Source of the DNA: an uncultured Rickettsiales bacterium
GTDB lineage: Bacteria > Pseudomonadota > Alphaproteobacteria > Rickettsiales > JALZUV01
Direction of reading: 5' to 3'
Length of the DNA: 64,000 nucleotides
Assembly: GCA_964654855.1 (NCBI GenBank)
Contig: CAZZJS010000001.1
Coordinates: 299,899-363,898, forward strand
Made by a program: the position numbers and the translations under genes. Below are positions 47,309-56,200 of this stretch, piece by piece (the first letter of the stretch is position 1; every line of letters begins with the position of its first letter). A model generated the notes under the pieces. The model saw only the letters and a list, made by a program, of their open reading frames with translations. It was not told the DNA's origin and made no database searches.

Positions 47309-48870
47309 CCTCTGATTCAAAAGCTCCTTTCTACATTACCACTCCGATTTACTATGTGAATGATGCGCCACATATTGGCCATGCTTATACCACTATTGCC
47401 TGCGATGTGATGGCGCGTTTTATGCAACTAGACGGACATGATACATTCTTCCTAACTGGTACCGATGAACATGGACAAAAAGTAGCAAAATCAGCCGAGA
47501 AGGCGGGCGTTACCCCGCAAGAAATTTGCGACCAAAACTCAGAGCATTTCCGTAACTTAGTGGCGACGGGTGATAATTTACTTAATGCTTCCAATAATGA
47601 TTTTATCCGCACGACAGAGCCGCGTCACAAGCAAACAGCGCAAGAGCTTTGGAAACGAATTGAAGCCAATGGTTATATTTATAAAGATAATTATGGCGGC
47701 TGGTACGCTGTGCGTGACGAAGCTTATTACGCCGAATCAGAGTTGATAACGAAAGACGGTAAAAAACTTGCCCCCACAGGTGCAGAAGTTGAGTGGGTGG
47801 AGGAGGAAAGCTACTTTTTCAAACTCTCTGCTTTTGAGGATAAGCTGCTCGAACTTTACGGTGAGGGTAGCTTTGTTTCGCCCGATTCACGCCTGAATGA
47901 GGTAAAGAGTTTCGTCAAAGGCGGCTTACGTGACCTTTCTATTTCGCGCACCACTTTCGATTGGGGCGTGCCAGTGCCAGATGATGAAGATCATGTCATG
48001 TATGTGTGGATTGACGCACTTACTAACTATCTCACCGCACTTGGCTGGCCTGATTCGGATAATTATCAGAAATTCTGGGCAGAGAATCCGCCCGTGCATG
48101 TGGTGGGTAAAGATATTCTACGTTTTCATGCGGTTTACTGGCCCGCATTTTTGATGGCCGCTGAACTCCCTGTACCAAAGCAAATCGTCGCGCATGGTTG
48201 GTGGACCATTGAAGGCGAGAAGATGAGTAAATCCATCGGTAATGTGCTATCGCCCGCTGAGATGATTGAGAAAGCAGGTGGAGTCGATCAATTACGTTAC
48301 TTTATGCTCAAAGCCATGCCATTCGGCAATGATGGAGACTTTAGTGAAGAACGTATGATTGAAGTGATAAATGCTGATTTAGCCAATAATATCGGTAATT
48401 TAGCGCAGCGTTCTCTGTCGATGATTCAAAAGAATTGTGAAGCTAAAGTCCCTGCTTATGCGAATAAGCAAGAAGAGTTGATGGGTAAACTTTATAGCAA
48501 AAATCGTTCAGATTATCTGATGGCGATGAATGAGTTTCGCTATAATGACGCTCTACTCGCTTTGTCCGATTCTGCCCATATTATGAATCATTATTTTGCC
48601 GATAATGCGCCGTGGGTGTTGAAAAAGGAAGACCCCGCTAAGATGGCCGAAGTGTTGCACTATACCGTTGAAGGAATTCGCTGCATTGCCATTTTGCTGC
48701 AACCTTTCTGCCCAAGCGCTGCGAGTAAGATTTTGGATCAACTTGCCGTGCCTGAGAATGAACGTAGTTTTGAACATTTAAGTGATCAGTTTGCACTTAA
48801 AGTAGGCGCCGAACTTCCCAAGCCAGAAGGCGTGTTCCCACGTTTGCAGGCCGCGGAGAAGGCAGCGTAA
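47305..48870 (+). CDS. metG: Methionine--tRNA ligase (short form)
   Basis: TPIYYVNDAPHIGHAY (HIGH), KMSKS, 521 aa. Confidence 0.95.
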   Translation: MTSDSKAPFYITTPIYYVNDAPHIGHAYTTIACDVMARFMQLDGHDTFFLTGTDEHGQKVAKSAEKAGVTPQEICDQNSEHFRNLVATGDNLLNASNNDFIRTTEPRHKQTAQELWKRIEANGYIYKDNYGGWYAVRDEAYYAESELITKDGKKLAPTGAEVEWVEEESYFFKLSAFEDKLLELYGEGSFVSPDSRLNEVKSFVKGGLRDLSISRTTFDWGVPVPDDEDHVMYVWIDALTNYLTALGWPDSDNYQKFWAENPPVHVVGKDILRFHAVYWPAFLMAAELPVPKQIVAHGWWTIEGEKMSKSIGNVLSPAEMIEKAGGVDQLRYFMLKAMPFGNDGDFSEERMIEVINADLANNIGNLAQRSLSMIQKNCEAKVPAYANKQEELMGKLYSKNRSDYLMAMNEFRYNDALLALSDSAHIMNHYFADNAPWVLKKEDPAKMAEVLHYTVEGIRCIAILLQPFCPSAASKILDQLAVPENERSFEHLSDQFALKVGAELPKPEGVFPRLQAAEKAA

Positions 48871-48873
48871 CGT

Positions 48874-49656
48874 ATGCTGATTGTTGATTCTCATTGTCAC
48901 TTAAATTTCTCTGATTTTGCAGAGGATTTTGATGCGGTATTGGCCAATGCTAAGGAGGCTGAGGTAGGCATTCTGCAAACGATTTGCACACGGATGAGTG
49001 AGTTTGAAACGATTCACAAGATAGCGCTCGACCATAAACAAATTTATTGCTCGGTTGGGGTGCATCCATGCAATGTTCAGGAAGCACCGCTTGTCACGGT
49101 AGAAGAGTTGGTAGAAGCGGCGAAGAAACCCAAGGTGATTGGGTTAGGCGAAACGGGGCTCGATTATTTTCATTCGACCGATCATGTTGAGATACAAAAA
49201 GAAAGTTTTCGTGTTCACATCGAAGCGAGTCGTCAAACGGGATTGCCCGTGATTATCCATTGTCGCGATGCTGAGGAAGATACGGTAGCGATTCTGAAAG
49301 AAGAAAAAGCTAAAGGCGATTTCAAAGCCCTCATCCACTGCTTCACTGGCACGCAATGGCTGGCGGATGAGGTGTTGAAGCTTGGCCTAACCATCTCGCT
49401 TTCAGGCATTCTGACTTTCAAAAATGCGAAAGAGATTCAACAAGTAGCCAAAGATTTACCGCTAGATAAGGTGTTGGTGGAAACCGATGCTCCTTACCTC
49501 GCACCGATGCCGCATCGCGGAAAACGCAATGAACCTGCCTATACGCGCCATACCTGTGAGTATTTGGCGGAGTTAAAAGAAGTGTCGTTAGAGGCCGCCG
49601 CTGCGCAAACGACAGAAAATTTCTTTAAACTGTTTAGTAAAGCTAGCTCGCTTTAG
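48874..49656 (+). CDS. tatD: TatD family metal-dependent hydrolase
   Basis: VDSHCHL, GETGLDY, IHCRDA, ETDAPYL. Confidence 0.9.
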   Translation: MLIVDSHCHLNFSDFAEDFDAVLANAKEAEVGILQTICTRMSEFETIHKIALDHKQIYCSVGVHPCNVQEAPLVTVEELVEAAKKPKVIGLGETGLDYFHSTDHVEIQKESFRVHIEASRQTGLPVIIHCRDAEEDTVAILKEEKAKGDFKALIHCFTGTQWLADEVLKLGLTISLSGILTFKNAKEIQQVAKDLPLDKVLVETDAPYLAPMPHRGKRNEPAYTRHTCEYLAELKEVSLEAAAAQTTENFFKLFSKASSL

Positions 49657-50548
49657 CGCGGTGATATTCGCCGGTTCCAGTAGTGTAGACCTTGTCTGTT
49701 TTGAGAGTAACCTCAGGACGATGAACTGGTTGAGTCGCAAGTTCTTCATAGATTTTTCTAAAATCGGGCTTCGTCGCCTCAAATAATTGCTCAAAACTAT
49801 CAATCACCCAGTAACTCTCTTGATAATCACTAATGATAAAGTCGGTTTGCATAATGCGTTTCATGTCAAATGCGATACGGTTAGGCGAGGGGCTGTCGAT
49901 ACTGAATACGACTTCACCCGGAGAAGAAAGAATGCCTGCGCCATAAACCTTTGTTTGATTCGCTTCTCGCATCAAGCCGAATTCCACCGTATACCAATAA
50001 AGGCGAGTTAAGTTTTCGAGCGATTTTTCATCGCCGATACGAAGCGCGCGGCAACCACCACGGCCAAAAGCGGAGAGATAATGCCCGAAAACAGGATTCA
50101 TCAGAAGTGGTACATGGCCGAATAAGTCATGGAATAAGTCTGGCTCTTGTAAGTAATCAATGCGGGCTTTCGGGCGCATCCAATGCGTAACAGGGAAGGC
50201 TTTTGTTGCAAGATGCGTAAAGAAACTATGTGCAGGAATTAAACCCGGAACCGGCACAAGCTCCCAACCTGTTGCCGCATAGAGTTTCTCGTTAATGTCA
50301 TTGAAATGGGGGATTTTATCGCCATTAATGGGCATGTCGTTGAGGGCATCCAAATAGGTGCTACATGCGTATTTTGGCATCAATTCCATCTGACGTTTGT
50401 ATAAAAAGCGCCAAACTTCCTGGTCTTCCTCTGTGTAGCGATCATAATATTGGCTGGGAATGCTGAAATCAGCCTTCATCTCCGGATAATCAGGATAATC
50501 GTAAACGTATTCTTCAGTTCCCATAGGTACTTCACTCGCAAAATTCAC
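49643..50548 (-). CDS. phhA: Phenylalanine 4-monooxygenase
   Basis: PDLFHDLFGHVPLL and YWYTVEFGL iron-ligand motifs. About 300-aa bacterial form. Confidence 0.85.
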   Translation of the reverse strand: MNFASEVPMGTEEYVYDYPDYPEMKADFSIPSQYYDRYTEEDQEVWRFLYKRQMELMPKYACSTYLDALNDMPINGDKIPHFNDINEKLYAATGWELVPVPGLIPAHSFFTHLATKAFPVTHWMRPKARIDYLQEPDLFHDLFGHVPLLMNPVFGHYLSAFGRGGCRALRIGDEKSLENLTRLYWYTVEFGLMREANQTKVYGAGILSSPGEVVFSIDSPSPNRIAFDMKRIMQTDFIISDYQESYWVIDSFEQLFEATKPDFRKIYEELATQPVHRPEVTLKTDKVYTTGTGEYHRAKAS

Positions 50549-50646
50549 TTTTCGGATGCAAAGAGGTTAATACAAAATGGCTCAAAGAGGAAATGGTATT
50601 TGTTAATAGTAAAATTAACCTTTTTATAACAAAGGTTTGTTAGGGT

Positions 50647-51552
50647 ATGCTTATGACCAAGGAAGTTTGCTTGATAACCGAAGATGCTTTCCACACTCTC
50701 TATCTTTTAGAGGAGTGGCAATCCGAAGTAAGCGATGGAGAGATATTAATTCGAGGCGATAAGCCTGACAACTTGCCAGAAAGAATCGCATTCTTACAAA
50801 AACATGCTGGAAAGCATGGAATATCAAAGGAAACGAAACAAGAAATCATTAATCTTTTCGGAGGATTGTCCAAAAGTGAAGAGGCGATGATTGAGCGTTA
50901 TGGAATTCCCAAAGTGCCAATTGACCTTTACGCGCCTAACCGCATTGCATTTATAGGAAAAGATTTAAATGCTGGAGATGCACTTAAAAAGGCAGAGCAG
51001 TGGTGTAGCTTAGATGATGCTCCACAAATTTTCGTTTTTCTAGATCAAATATTTAAAGATGAAAAGTGGCTGGAGCTTGCAGATAAAAAGAAAATCATCA
51101 ATGCGCATTCTGCAGTTTTACCCTATGCACCTGGGATGCATTCAATTGAGTGTGTTGCGGCAAAATTTGATGCTGAAACGCTTACTAAATGTGCTGGGTC
51201 AACCCTTCATTATGTAGATAAAGGTGTAGATACTGGAGCAATCATAAAAGCCGAAAAACTTAATTTTCTTCAGTATGATAAGTCTATTTGGCATGTTAAA
51301 TCTAGGTCTTATAAGCAAGCGTTTCAACAATTGACGGGGTTGGCAAAGAGGTATCAAGTGGAGCAAACTTTGCCACTAGGTGAGAAAAATAACGTTTCAA
51401 AGCAATTGGTAGGTTCTCCTTTTACACGAAAAGACTTTGCTGCTTTAGGAGTGGAGCAAGCGGCTGAGACTAATTTTAAGGCTTATGCACGTAAACAACT
51501 TAGCCCCCAAGGCATGCCTTTTGATAGGGATGATATAGGTTGGCGGCGCTGA
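50647..51552 (+). CDS. Formyltransferase-fold protein (Formyl_trans_N-like core) with unassigned N-terminal ~90 aa
   Basis: IINAHSAVLPYAPG matches the N-x-H-x-S-x-LP-x-x-x-G formyltransferase motif. HYVDKGVDTGAII matches the H-x-V-x(4)-D-x-G-x-I-I Asp loop. AT-rich. Confidence 0.5.
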   Translation: MLMTKEVCLITEDAFHTLYLLEEWQSEVSDGEILIRGDKPDNLPERIAFLQKHAGKHGISKETKQEIINLFGGLSKSEEAMIERYGIPKVPIDLYAPNRIAFIGKDLNAGDALKKAEQWCSLDDAPQIFVFLDQIFKDEKWLELADKKKIINAHSAVLPYAPGMHSIECVAAKFDAETLTKCAGSTLHYVDKGVDTGAIIKAEKLNFLQYDKSIWHVKSRSYKQAFQQLTGLAKRYQVEQTLPLGEKNNVSKQLVGSPFTRKDFAALGVEQAAETNFKAYARKQLSPQGMPFDRDDIGWRR

Positions 51553-51713
51553 TAGCACGTGACAGGGGGTTATGTTTTGTGTATACACCGCATCATGCAA
51601 CATCATTCAAATTCTGCGTGGAATTCGCTCCTGCCTTGGTCTACGACCAATCAGTAATCTTGTTCTTATGTCTAAAGTAACGCAAACGAACATAAGAAAT
51701 AAGGATTATAAAA

Positions 51714-52787
51714 ATGGCTGATTTATTTGAAAACCCAATGGGAACTGATGGTTTTGAATTTGTAGAATATGCGAGTAAAAACCCAGCAGAACTAGAAAAA
51801 CTCTTTAGCAGCCTCGGCTTTACTGAGGTGGCGAAGCACAAAACCAAAAACGTTGCACTATGGCGTCAAGGTGGCATCAACTTCATTCTCAATAAAGAGA
51901 GCGATGGCCAACCGAAAGAATTTACTGAAACGCATGGTCCTTCCGCCAACGCGATGGCGTTTCGCATCAAAGATGTACCCAAAGCGCTAGCGCGTGCCAA
52001 AGAGCAAGGCTATGAGATTGTAGAGGCTAATAACGGGCCGATGGAGTTAACGATTCCGGCATTAAAAGGGATTGGTGGGCTACTTGTGTATCTCGTTGAT
52101 ACTTATGGCGATGCGGGTGAAATCTATGATACGGATTTTGATTTTCACGAAGGAGTGGAGCGTAATCCTGAAGGAGTGGGCTTGCAGCTTGTTGATCACC
52201 TCACCCACAATATGCACCAAGGTAATATGGATAAATGGGCGGGTTATTACGAGAACCTATTTAATTTCCGTGAGATCCGCTATTTCGATATTAAAGGAAA
52301 AGTGACAGGTTTAACCTCTCGTGCGATGACTTCGCCAGATGGGAAAATTCGTATTCCACTGAATGAATCTTCGGATGATCAGTCGCAAATTGCAGAATAT
52401 CTGCGTGACCATAATGGTGAAGGCATCCAGCATATCGCGCTTTCAACCAATGATATTTTCAAAACGGTGGAAACGCTTCGTGCAAGCGGTATGGAATTTA
52501 TGGATACGCCCGATACGTATTACGAGAAGATCGATACACGTATTCCTAATCACGGACATGATGTGGCGCGTATGCAGAAGAACCGTATTCTGATTGATGG
52601 TGAAGGTATTGATAAAGATAATGATGAAGAGTTGTTGCTACAAATTTTCACCAATACAGTGATTGGGCCGCTATTCTTCGAAATTATCCAACGTAAGGGG
52701 AATGAAGGCTTCGGTGAAGGTAACTTCCAAGCGCTATTTGAGTCGATCGAAGAAGATCAAATCCGTCGTGGTGTGGTGAGTGCTTAA
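51714..52787 (+). CDS. hppD: 4-hydroxyphenylpyruvate dioxygenase
   Basis: GFEFVEY, VDHLTHN, GIQHIAL, FFEIIQRKG...FGEGNFQALFESIE. Confidence 0.9.
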   Translation: MADLFENPMGTDGFEFVEYASKNPAELEKLFSSLGFTEVAKHKTKNVALWRQGGINFILNKESDGQPKEFTETHGPSANAMAFRIKDVPKALARAKEQGYEIVEANNGPMELTIPALKGIGGLLVYLVDTYGDAGEIYDTDFDFHEGVERNPEGVGLQLVDHLTHNMHQGNMDKWAGYYENLFNFREIRYFDIKGKVTGLTSRAMTSPDGKIRIPLNESSDDQSQIAEYLRDHNGEGIQHIALSTNDIFKTVETLRASGMEFMDTPDTYYEKIDTRIPNHGHDVARMQKNRILIDGEGIDKDNDEELLLQIFTNTVIGPLFFEIIQRKGNEGFGEGNFQALFESIEEDQIRRGVVSA

Positions 52788-53935
52788 TGAAAAAGCATAT
52801 TAGTTTTCCGCGGGTTGAGGGTGACGCAAGTCGCCAAGCACATTGTGATTTACCGGAAGGCACTTATGAGCGTGAGTTTGGTAAGGAGGGCTTTTTTGGC
52901 CCTTGCTCTCATCTTAGCCACGCAAACCCGCCAACAGGTTGGATCAATTGGGAAGGGCCATTGCGTCCGCAAGCTTTTGATCTGAATAAGTTGGAAGGGG
53001 TGAGCAATACGCCGTGGAAAGCGCAACGCATTTTGAACAATAAGCATCTCGATTTTCGTATTTGGAAAACGAGTGGCAAGATGGATCACCTCGCTTCAAA
53101 TGGCGATGGTGATGATCTGCTCTTCGTGCATAGTGGCGAGGGGAGTCTCTTTTGCGATTTTGGTCATATGACTTTTACCGCAGGCGATTATATCCTGCTA
53201 CCTCGTGCGCTACGCTGGCGTTTGGAATGTAAGGGTGAAGCGACCATGTTATTGATGGAAGCAACGAATGATTACTTCCAGCTTCCGGATAAAGGCATGG
53301 TCGGCCCTCACGCCATTTTCGATCAAGCGATGTTGGATGTGCCTAAAATTGACGAAGCTTATAAAGCGCAAATGTCGTCATCTGAGGAATGGAATGTCGT
53401 GATTAAGGCGCGCGGTGGATTATCAACCGTGACTTTTCCGTTTAATCCACTGGATGTGGTGAGCTGGCACGGCGATAATTTGCCGGTTAAAATCAATTGG
53501 CGCGATATTCGCCCACTGATGAGCCATCGTTATCATCTGCCGCCAAGCGCGCATACGACCTTCCTAACGAAGCGTTTTGTGGTTTGTACCTTCGCGCCGC
53601 GTCCGGCAGAGATGGATCCGGGGGCACTAAAAGTGCCGTTCTATCACTCGAATAACGATTTTGATGAGATTATCTTCTACCACGAAGGCGAGTTCTTCAG
53701 TCGTGATAATATTCATCCGGGTATGCTGAGTTTCCACCCATGTGGTTTCCCGCATGGTCCACACCCGAAAGCGTTTAACCTTGCAGCTGAAGCGGATAAA
53801 ACGCGCAAAATGACGGATCCTCCAAAAATGTTAGATGAAGTGGCCGTGATGCTCGATACGCGTGATGCGGTGGAAATTGACGATGGTATCGCCGATACTG
53901 AGTGGAAAGGCTACGTTGATAGCTGGAAAGGCTAG
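52787..53935 (+). CDS. hmgA: Homogentisate 1,2-dioxygenase (short ~380-aa form)
   Basis: EGTYEREFGKEGFFGPCSHL...PPTGW N-terminus and cupin metal region FYHSNNDFDEIIFYHEG...FHPCGFPHGPHP. Follows hppD with a TAATG overlap. Confidence 0.75.
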   Translation: MKKHISFPRVEGDASRQAHCDLPEGTYEREFGKEGFFGPCSHLSHANPPTGWINWEGPLRPQAFDLNKLEGVSNTPWKAQRILNNKHLDFRIWKTSGKMDHLASNGDGDDLLFVHSGEGSLFCDFGHMTFTAGDYILLPRALRWRLECKGEATMLLMEATNDYFQLPDKGMVGPHAIFDQAMLDVPKIDEAYKAQMSSSEEWNVVIKARGGLSTVTFPFNPLDVVSWHGDNLPVKINWRDIRPLMSHRYHLPPSAHTTFLTKRFVVCTFAPRPAEMDPGALKVPFYHSNNDFDEIIFYHEGEFFSRDNIHPGMLSFHPCGFPHGPHPKAFNLAAEADKTRKMTDPPKMLDEVAVMLDTRDAVEIDDGIADTEWKGYVDSWKG

Positions 53936-53938
53936 TAG

Positions 53939-54232
53939 GTGCTGTATCAGGTTCAAATTACCTTATTGAAGCCCGTCACTCCACCTTATAGTGAATGGTT
54001 AAAGCCACATGTGCAAGAAATGCTAGAGCTGAAAGGTGAGGGCGGTGAAGCACTATTTGCCGCAGCCGATATCCAACAAAAAGACGATGTTTTTACCGTT
54101 TTCTACCAAACCACAGAATCACATTTCGCTTATTACGAAGCCACTTATGCCGAAAAAATGCGTACTGCTTTCAAAGATACATACGGCACTCAAGTTTCTG
54201 CTTTTGCTTTTGAACGCAAAATAGTCGATTAG
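53939..54232 (+). CDS. DUF4286-like small alpha+beta protein
   Basis: GTG start. YQVQITLL...YSEWLKPHVQEML...FTVFYQT...FAYYEATYAEKMR...YGTQVSAF follows the DUF4286 pattern as I recall it. Confidence 0.45.
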   Translation: MLYQVQITLLKPVTPPYSEWLKPHVQEMLELKGEGGEALFAAADIQQKDDVFTVFYQTTESHFAYYEATYAEKMRTAFKDTYGTQVSAFAFERKIVD

Positions 54233-54966
54233 CGCTGCATTTGTTGCTCATAATTAAAAATTTTATCCAACTTCGATAACACGCCGTCCAAGCCAGCGTG
54301 GTATTTGGAGGCTAGATTTTCATAAGCAATCAAATCATCAGAAGTGAGATCCTCATAACTGCCAAAATCTTCTTCTTGATCTGAAATAAAACTGAGTGCA
54401 AGGCGAGCAATATTATCTTTTAGATGTAAAAAGAAACATTGAGCCGATTTGTTCTGGTTTTGAAAATATTCGATGCTTTTATGCAAGCTTTGGCCACATG
54501 CATTGATACCTGGAGAATGGCTTTCAGTAATATCAAACTCTAGGTCTTGATAGCTATTCTTAATGGGCTCCAAATTAATATCACAACTAATATCAATTCT
54601 TCCTTTTTGAGGAATGTAGCTGGATGTTTCGATGCGAACATCGGCTTCTTCTTTATTTTGACTGTGAAATTCACCGAGCCCAATAATAAAATCAGGTTTA
54701 TGTTCTTCTAAAGCTTCTTGAAATTCTTTGCTCAATGACTCTTCACCCGTTGGAAAAATCTTTGTTATAATATTCGCATTTTTGTATTTATCAGGGTTTA
54801 TTTTTTCAATGGTTTCTTGAGAGATATTTTTTTCATCGACAAATATAGGGAAGCCATAGACGAGTACAGTCGGTTTTGTCTTGCTGCTGGTGCGTGATAA
54901 CCAGTTTGGAACGGCAGCACTTGCCGTTGTTAGGCTCATGTTTTTAATAAAATCGCGGCGTTTCAT
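54229..54966 (-). CDS. Tat-signal exported protein, peptidase C15 (pyroglutamyl peptidase)-like fold candidate
   Basis: Twin-arginine motif MKRRDFIKNMSLTTASAAV. LVYGFPIF, PDFIIGLGE, VRIETS, GINACGQS and FFLHL sit in the order of the C15 E/C/H triad context. AT-rich. Confidence 0.4.
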   Translation of the reverse strand: MKRRDFIKNMSLTTASAAVPNWLSRTSSKTKPTVLVYGFPIFVDEKNISQETIEKINPDKYKNANIITKIFPTGEESLSKEFQEALEEHKPDFIIGLGEFHSQNKEEADVRIETSSYIPQKGRIDISCDINLEPIKNSYQDLEFDITESHSPGINACGQSLHKSIEYFQNQNKSAQCFFLHLKDNIARLALSFISDQEEDFGSYEDLTSDDLIAYENLASKYHAGLDGVLSKLDKIFNYEQQMQR

Positions 54967-55085
54967 AGCTATGATAGTAACAGTAAAATCTTAGCAAAAA
55001 GTTACGATTATTAAAAAAGCGAAAAACTTTGAATTTGTCGGGTAATTCGCTACATTCCGTCCAACGAAAAACTTAGAGGATTAGT

Positions 55086-56078
55086 ATGAGACTCGGAACA
55101 TTAAAAGAAGATGGCTCGCGCGATGGCGTGTTGGTGGTGATTAGTAAATGTCACAGTAAATGTATTACCGTGACGGATATTGCTTACACGATGCAAGAAG
55201 CATTGGATGATTGGGATGAAGTTGCTCCACAACTGCAAGCGGTCTGCGACAAGCTTTGCGCGGGTGAATTAGATGGTGAAGCGATGGATTTTGATCCAGC
55301 GAAAATGCATTCTCCCTTGCCGCGAGCTTTCCAATGGGCTGATGGCTCAGCTTATGTGAACCACGTGGAACTGGTGCGTAAAGCCCGTGGTGCTGAAATG
55401 CCAGAAAGCTTCTGGACGGATCCACTTATGTATCAAGGAGGCTCCGATAAATTTGTAGGACCGCGTGATGATATCGAAGCGGTGAGCGAAGATCATGGTA
55501 TTGATTTTGAAAGCGAAATTACAGTGATAACTGACGATGTGCCGATGGGTGTCAATGCGATAGATGCGTTGAAATACATTCGTCTTATCATGTTGGTAAA
55601 TGATGTTTCGTTGCGTAATCTAATCCCAGCAGAGTTGGGCAAAGGTTTTGGTTTCTTCCACAGTAAACCCGCTTGTGCCTTTTCGCCCATTGCGGTGACG
55701 CCGGATGCTCTTGGCTCCGCATGGAAAGACGGAAAAGTACATTTGCCGCTGGTTACGACACTTAATGGTAAAGAGTTTGGTCGCCCGAACGCTGGCGTTG
55801 ATATGACCTTCCACTTTGGTGAGTTGATTGCCCATGCAGCAAAAACACGCCATCTTGGTGCAGGGACACTGATTGGTTCAGGTACGGTTTCAAATGTTGA
55901 TCGCTCAACGGGATCATCATGCTTGGCTGAGCGTCGTATGATTGAAAAAATCGAAAATGGTGAAATGACGACACCATTTATGAGTTTTGGCGATCATGTG
56001 AAAATTGAAATGTTCGATGAAGAAGGTAAGACTATCTTTGGTTCAATTGAGCAGAAAGTTGTTGAATATAAAGGGTAA
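55086..56078 (+). CDS. fahA: Fumarylacetoacetate hydrolase family protein (330-aa bacterial type)
   Basis: MRLGTLKEDGSRDGVLVV N-terminus. IDFESEITVI, SGTVSN. Sits in the homogentisate pathway cluster. Confidence 0.8.
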   Translation: MRLGTLKEDGSRDGVLVVISKCHSKCITVTDIAYTMQEALDDWDEVAPQLQAVCDKLCAGELDGEAMDFDPAKMHSPLPRAFQWADGSAYVNHVELVRKARGAEMPESFWTDPLMYQGGSDKFVGPRDDIEAVSEDHGIDFESEITVITDDVPMGVNAIDALKYIRLIMLVNDVSLRNLIPAELGKGFGFFHSKPACAFSPIAVTPDALGSAWKDGKVHLPLVTTLNGKEFGRPNAGVDMTFHFGELIAHAAKTRHLGAGTLIGSGTVSNVDRSTGSSCLAERRMIEKIENGEMTTPFMSFGDHVKIEMFDEEGKTIFGSIEQKVVEYKG

Positions 56079-56083
56079 TTAGG

Positions 56084-56197
56084 ATGCGAATGACACTTGT
56101 TTTTCTGTTATTGAGTCTATCAGCTTGTCAAACCATGTATGGGATTGGAACGGATATTAAGAGCGTTGGTCAAGGTATCGAGGATTTGGCGCGTTAA
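56084..56197 (+). CDS. Entericidin A/B-like micro-lipoprotein (37 aa)
   Basis: Below the track's size cutoff and found by eye: MRMTLVFLLLSLSACQTMYGIGTDIKSVGQGIEDLAR. It has the lipobox LSAC and the entericidin pattern C-x-T-x-x-G-x-G-x-D-I. AGGA lies 3 nt upstream of the ATG. Confidence 0.6.
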   Translation: MRMTLVFLLLSLSACQTMYGIGTDIKSVGQGIEDLAR

Positions 56198-56200
56198 TTT

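Noticed and set aside
50601-50620. TTAA-N8-TTAAC in the phhA spacer, and TTAA-N9-TTAAC at 25451-25468, considered as CtrA boxes
   Set aside because: The spacing is 8 and 9 nt rather than the required 7 nt.
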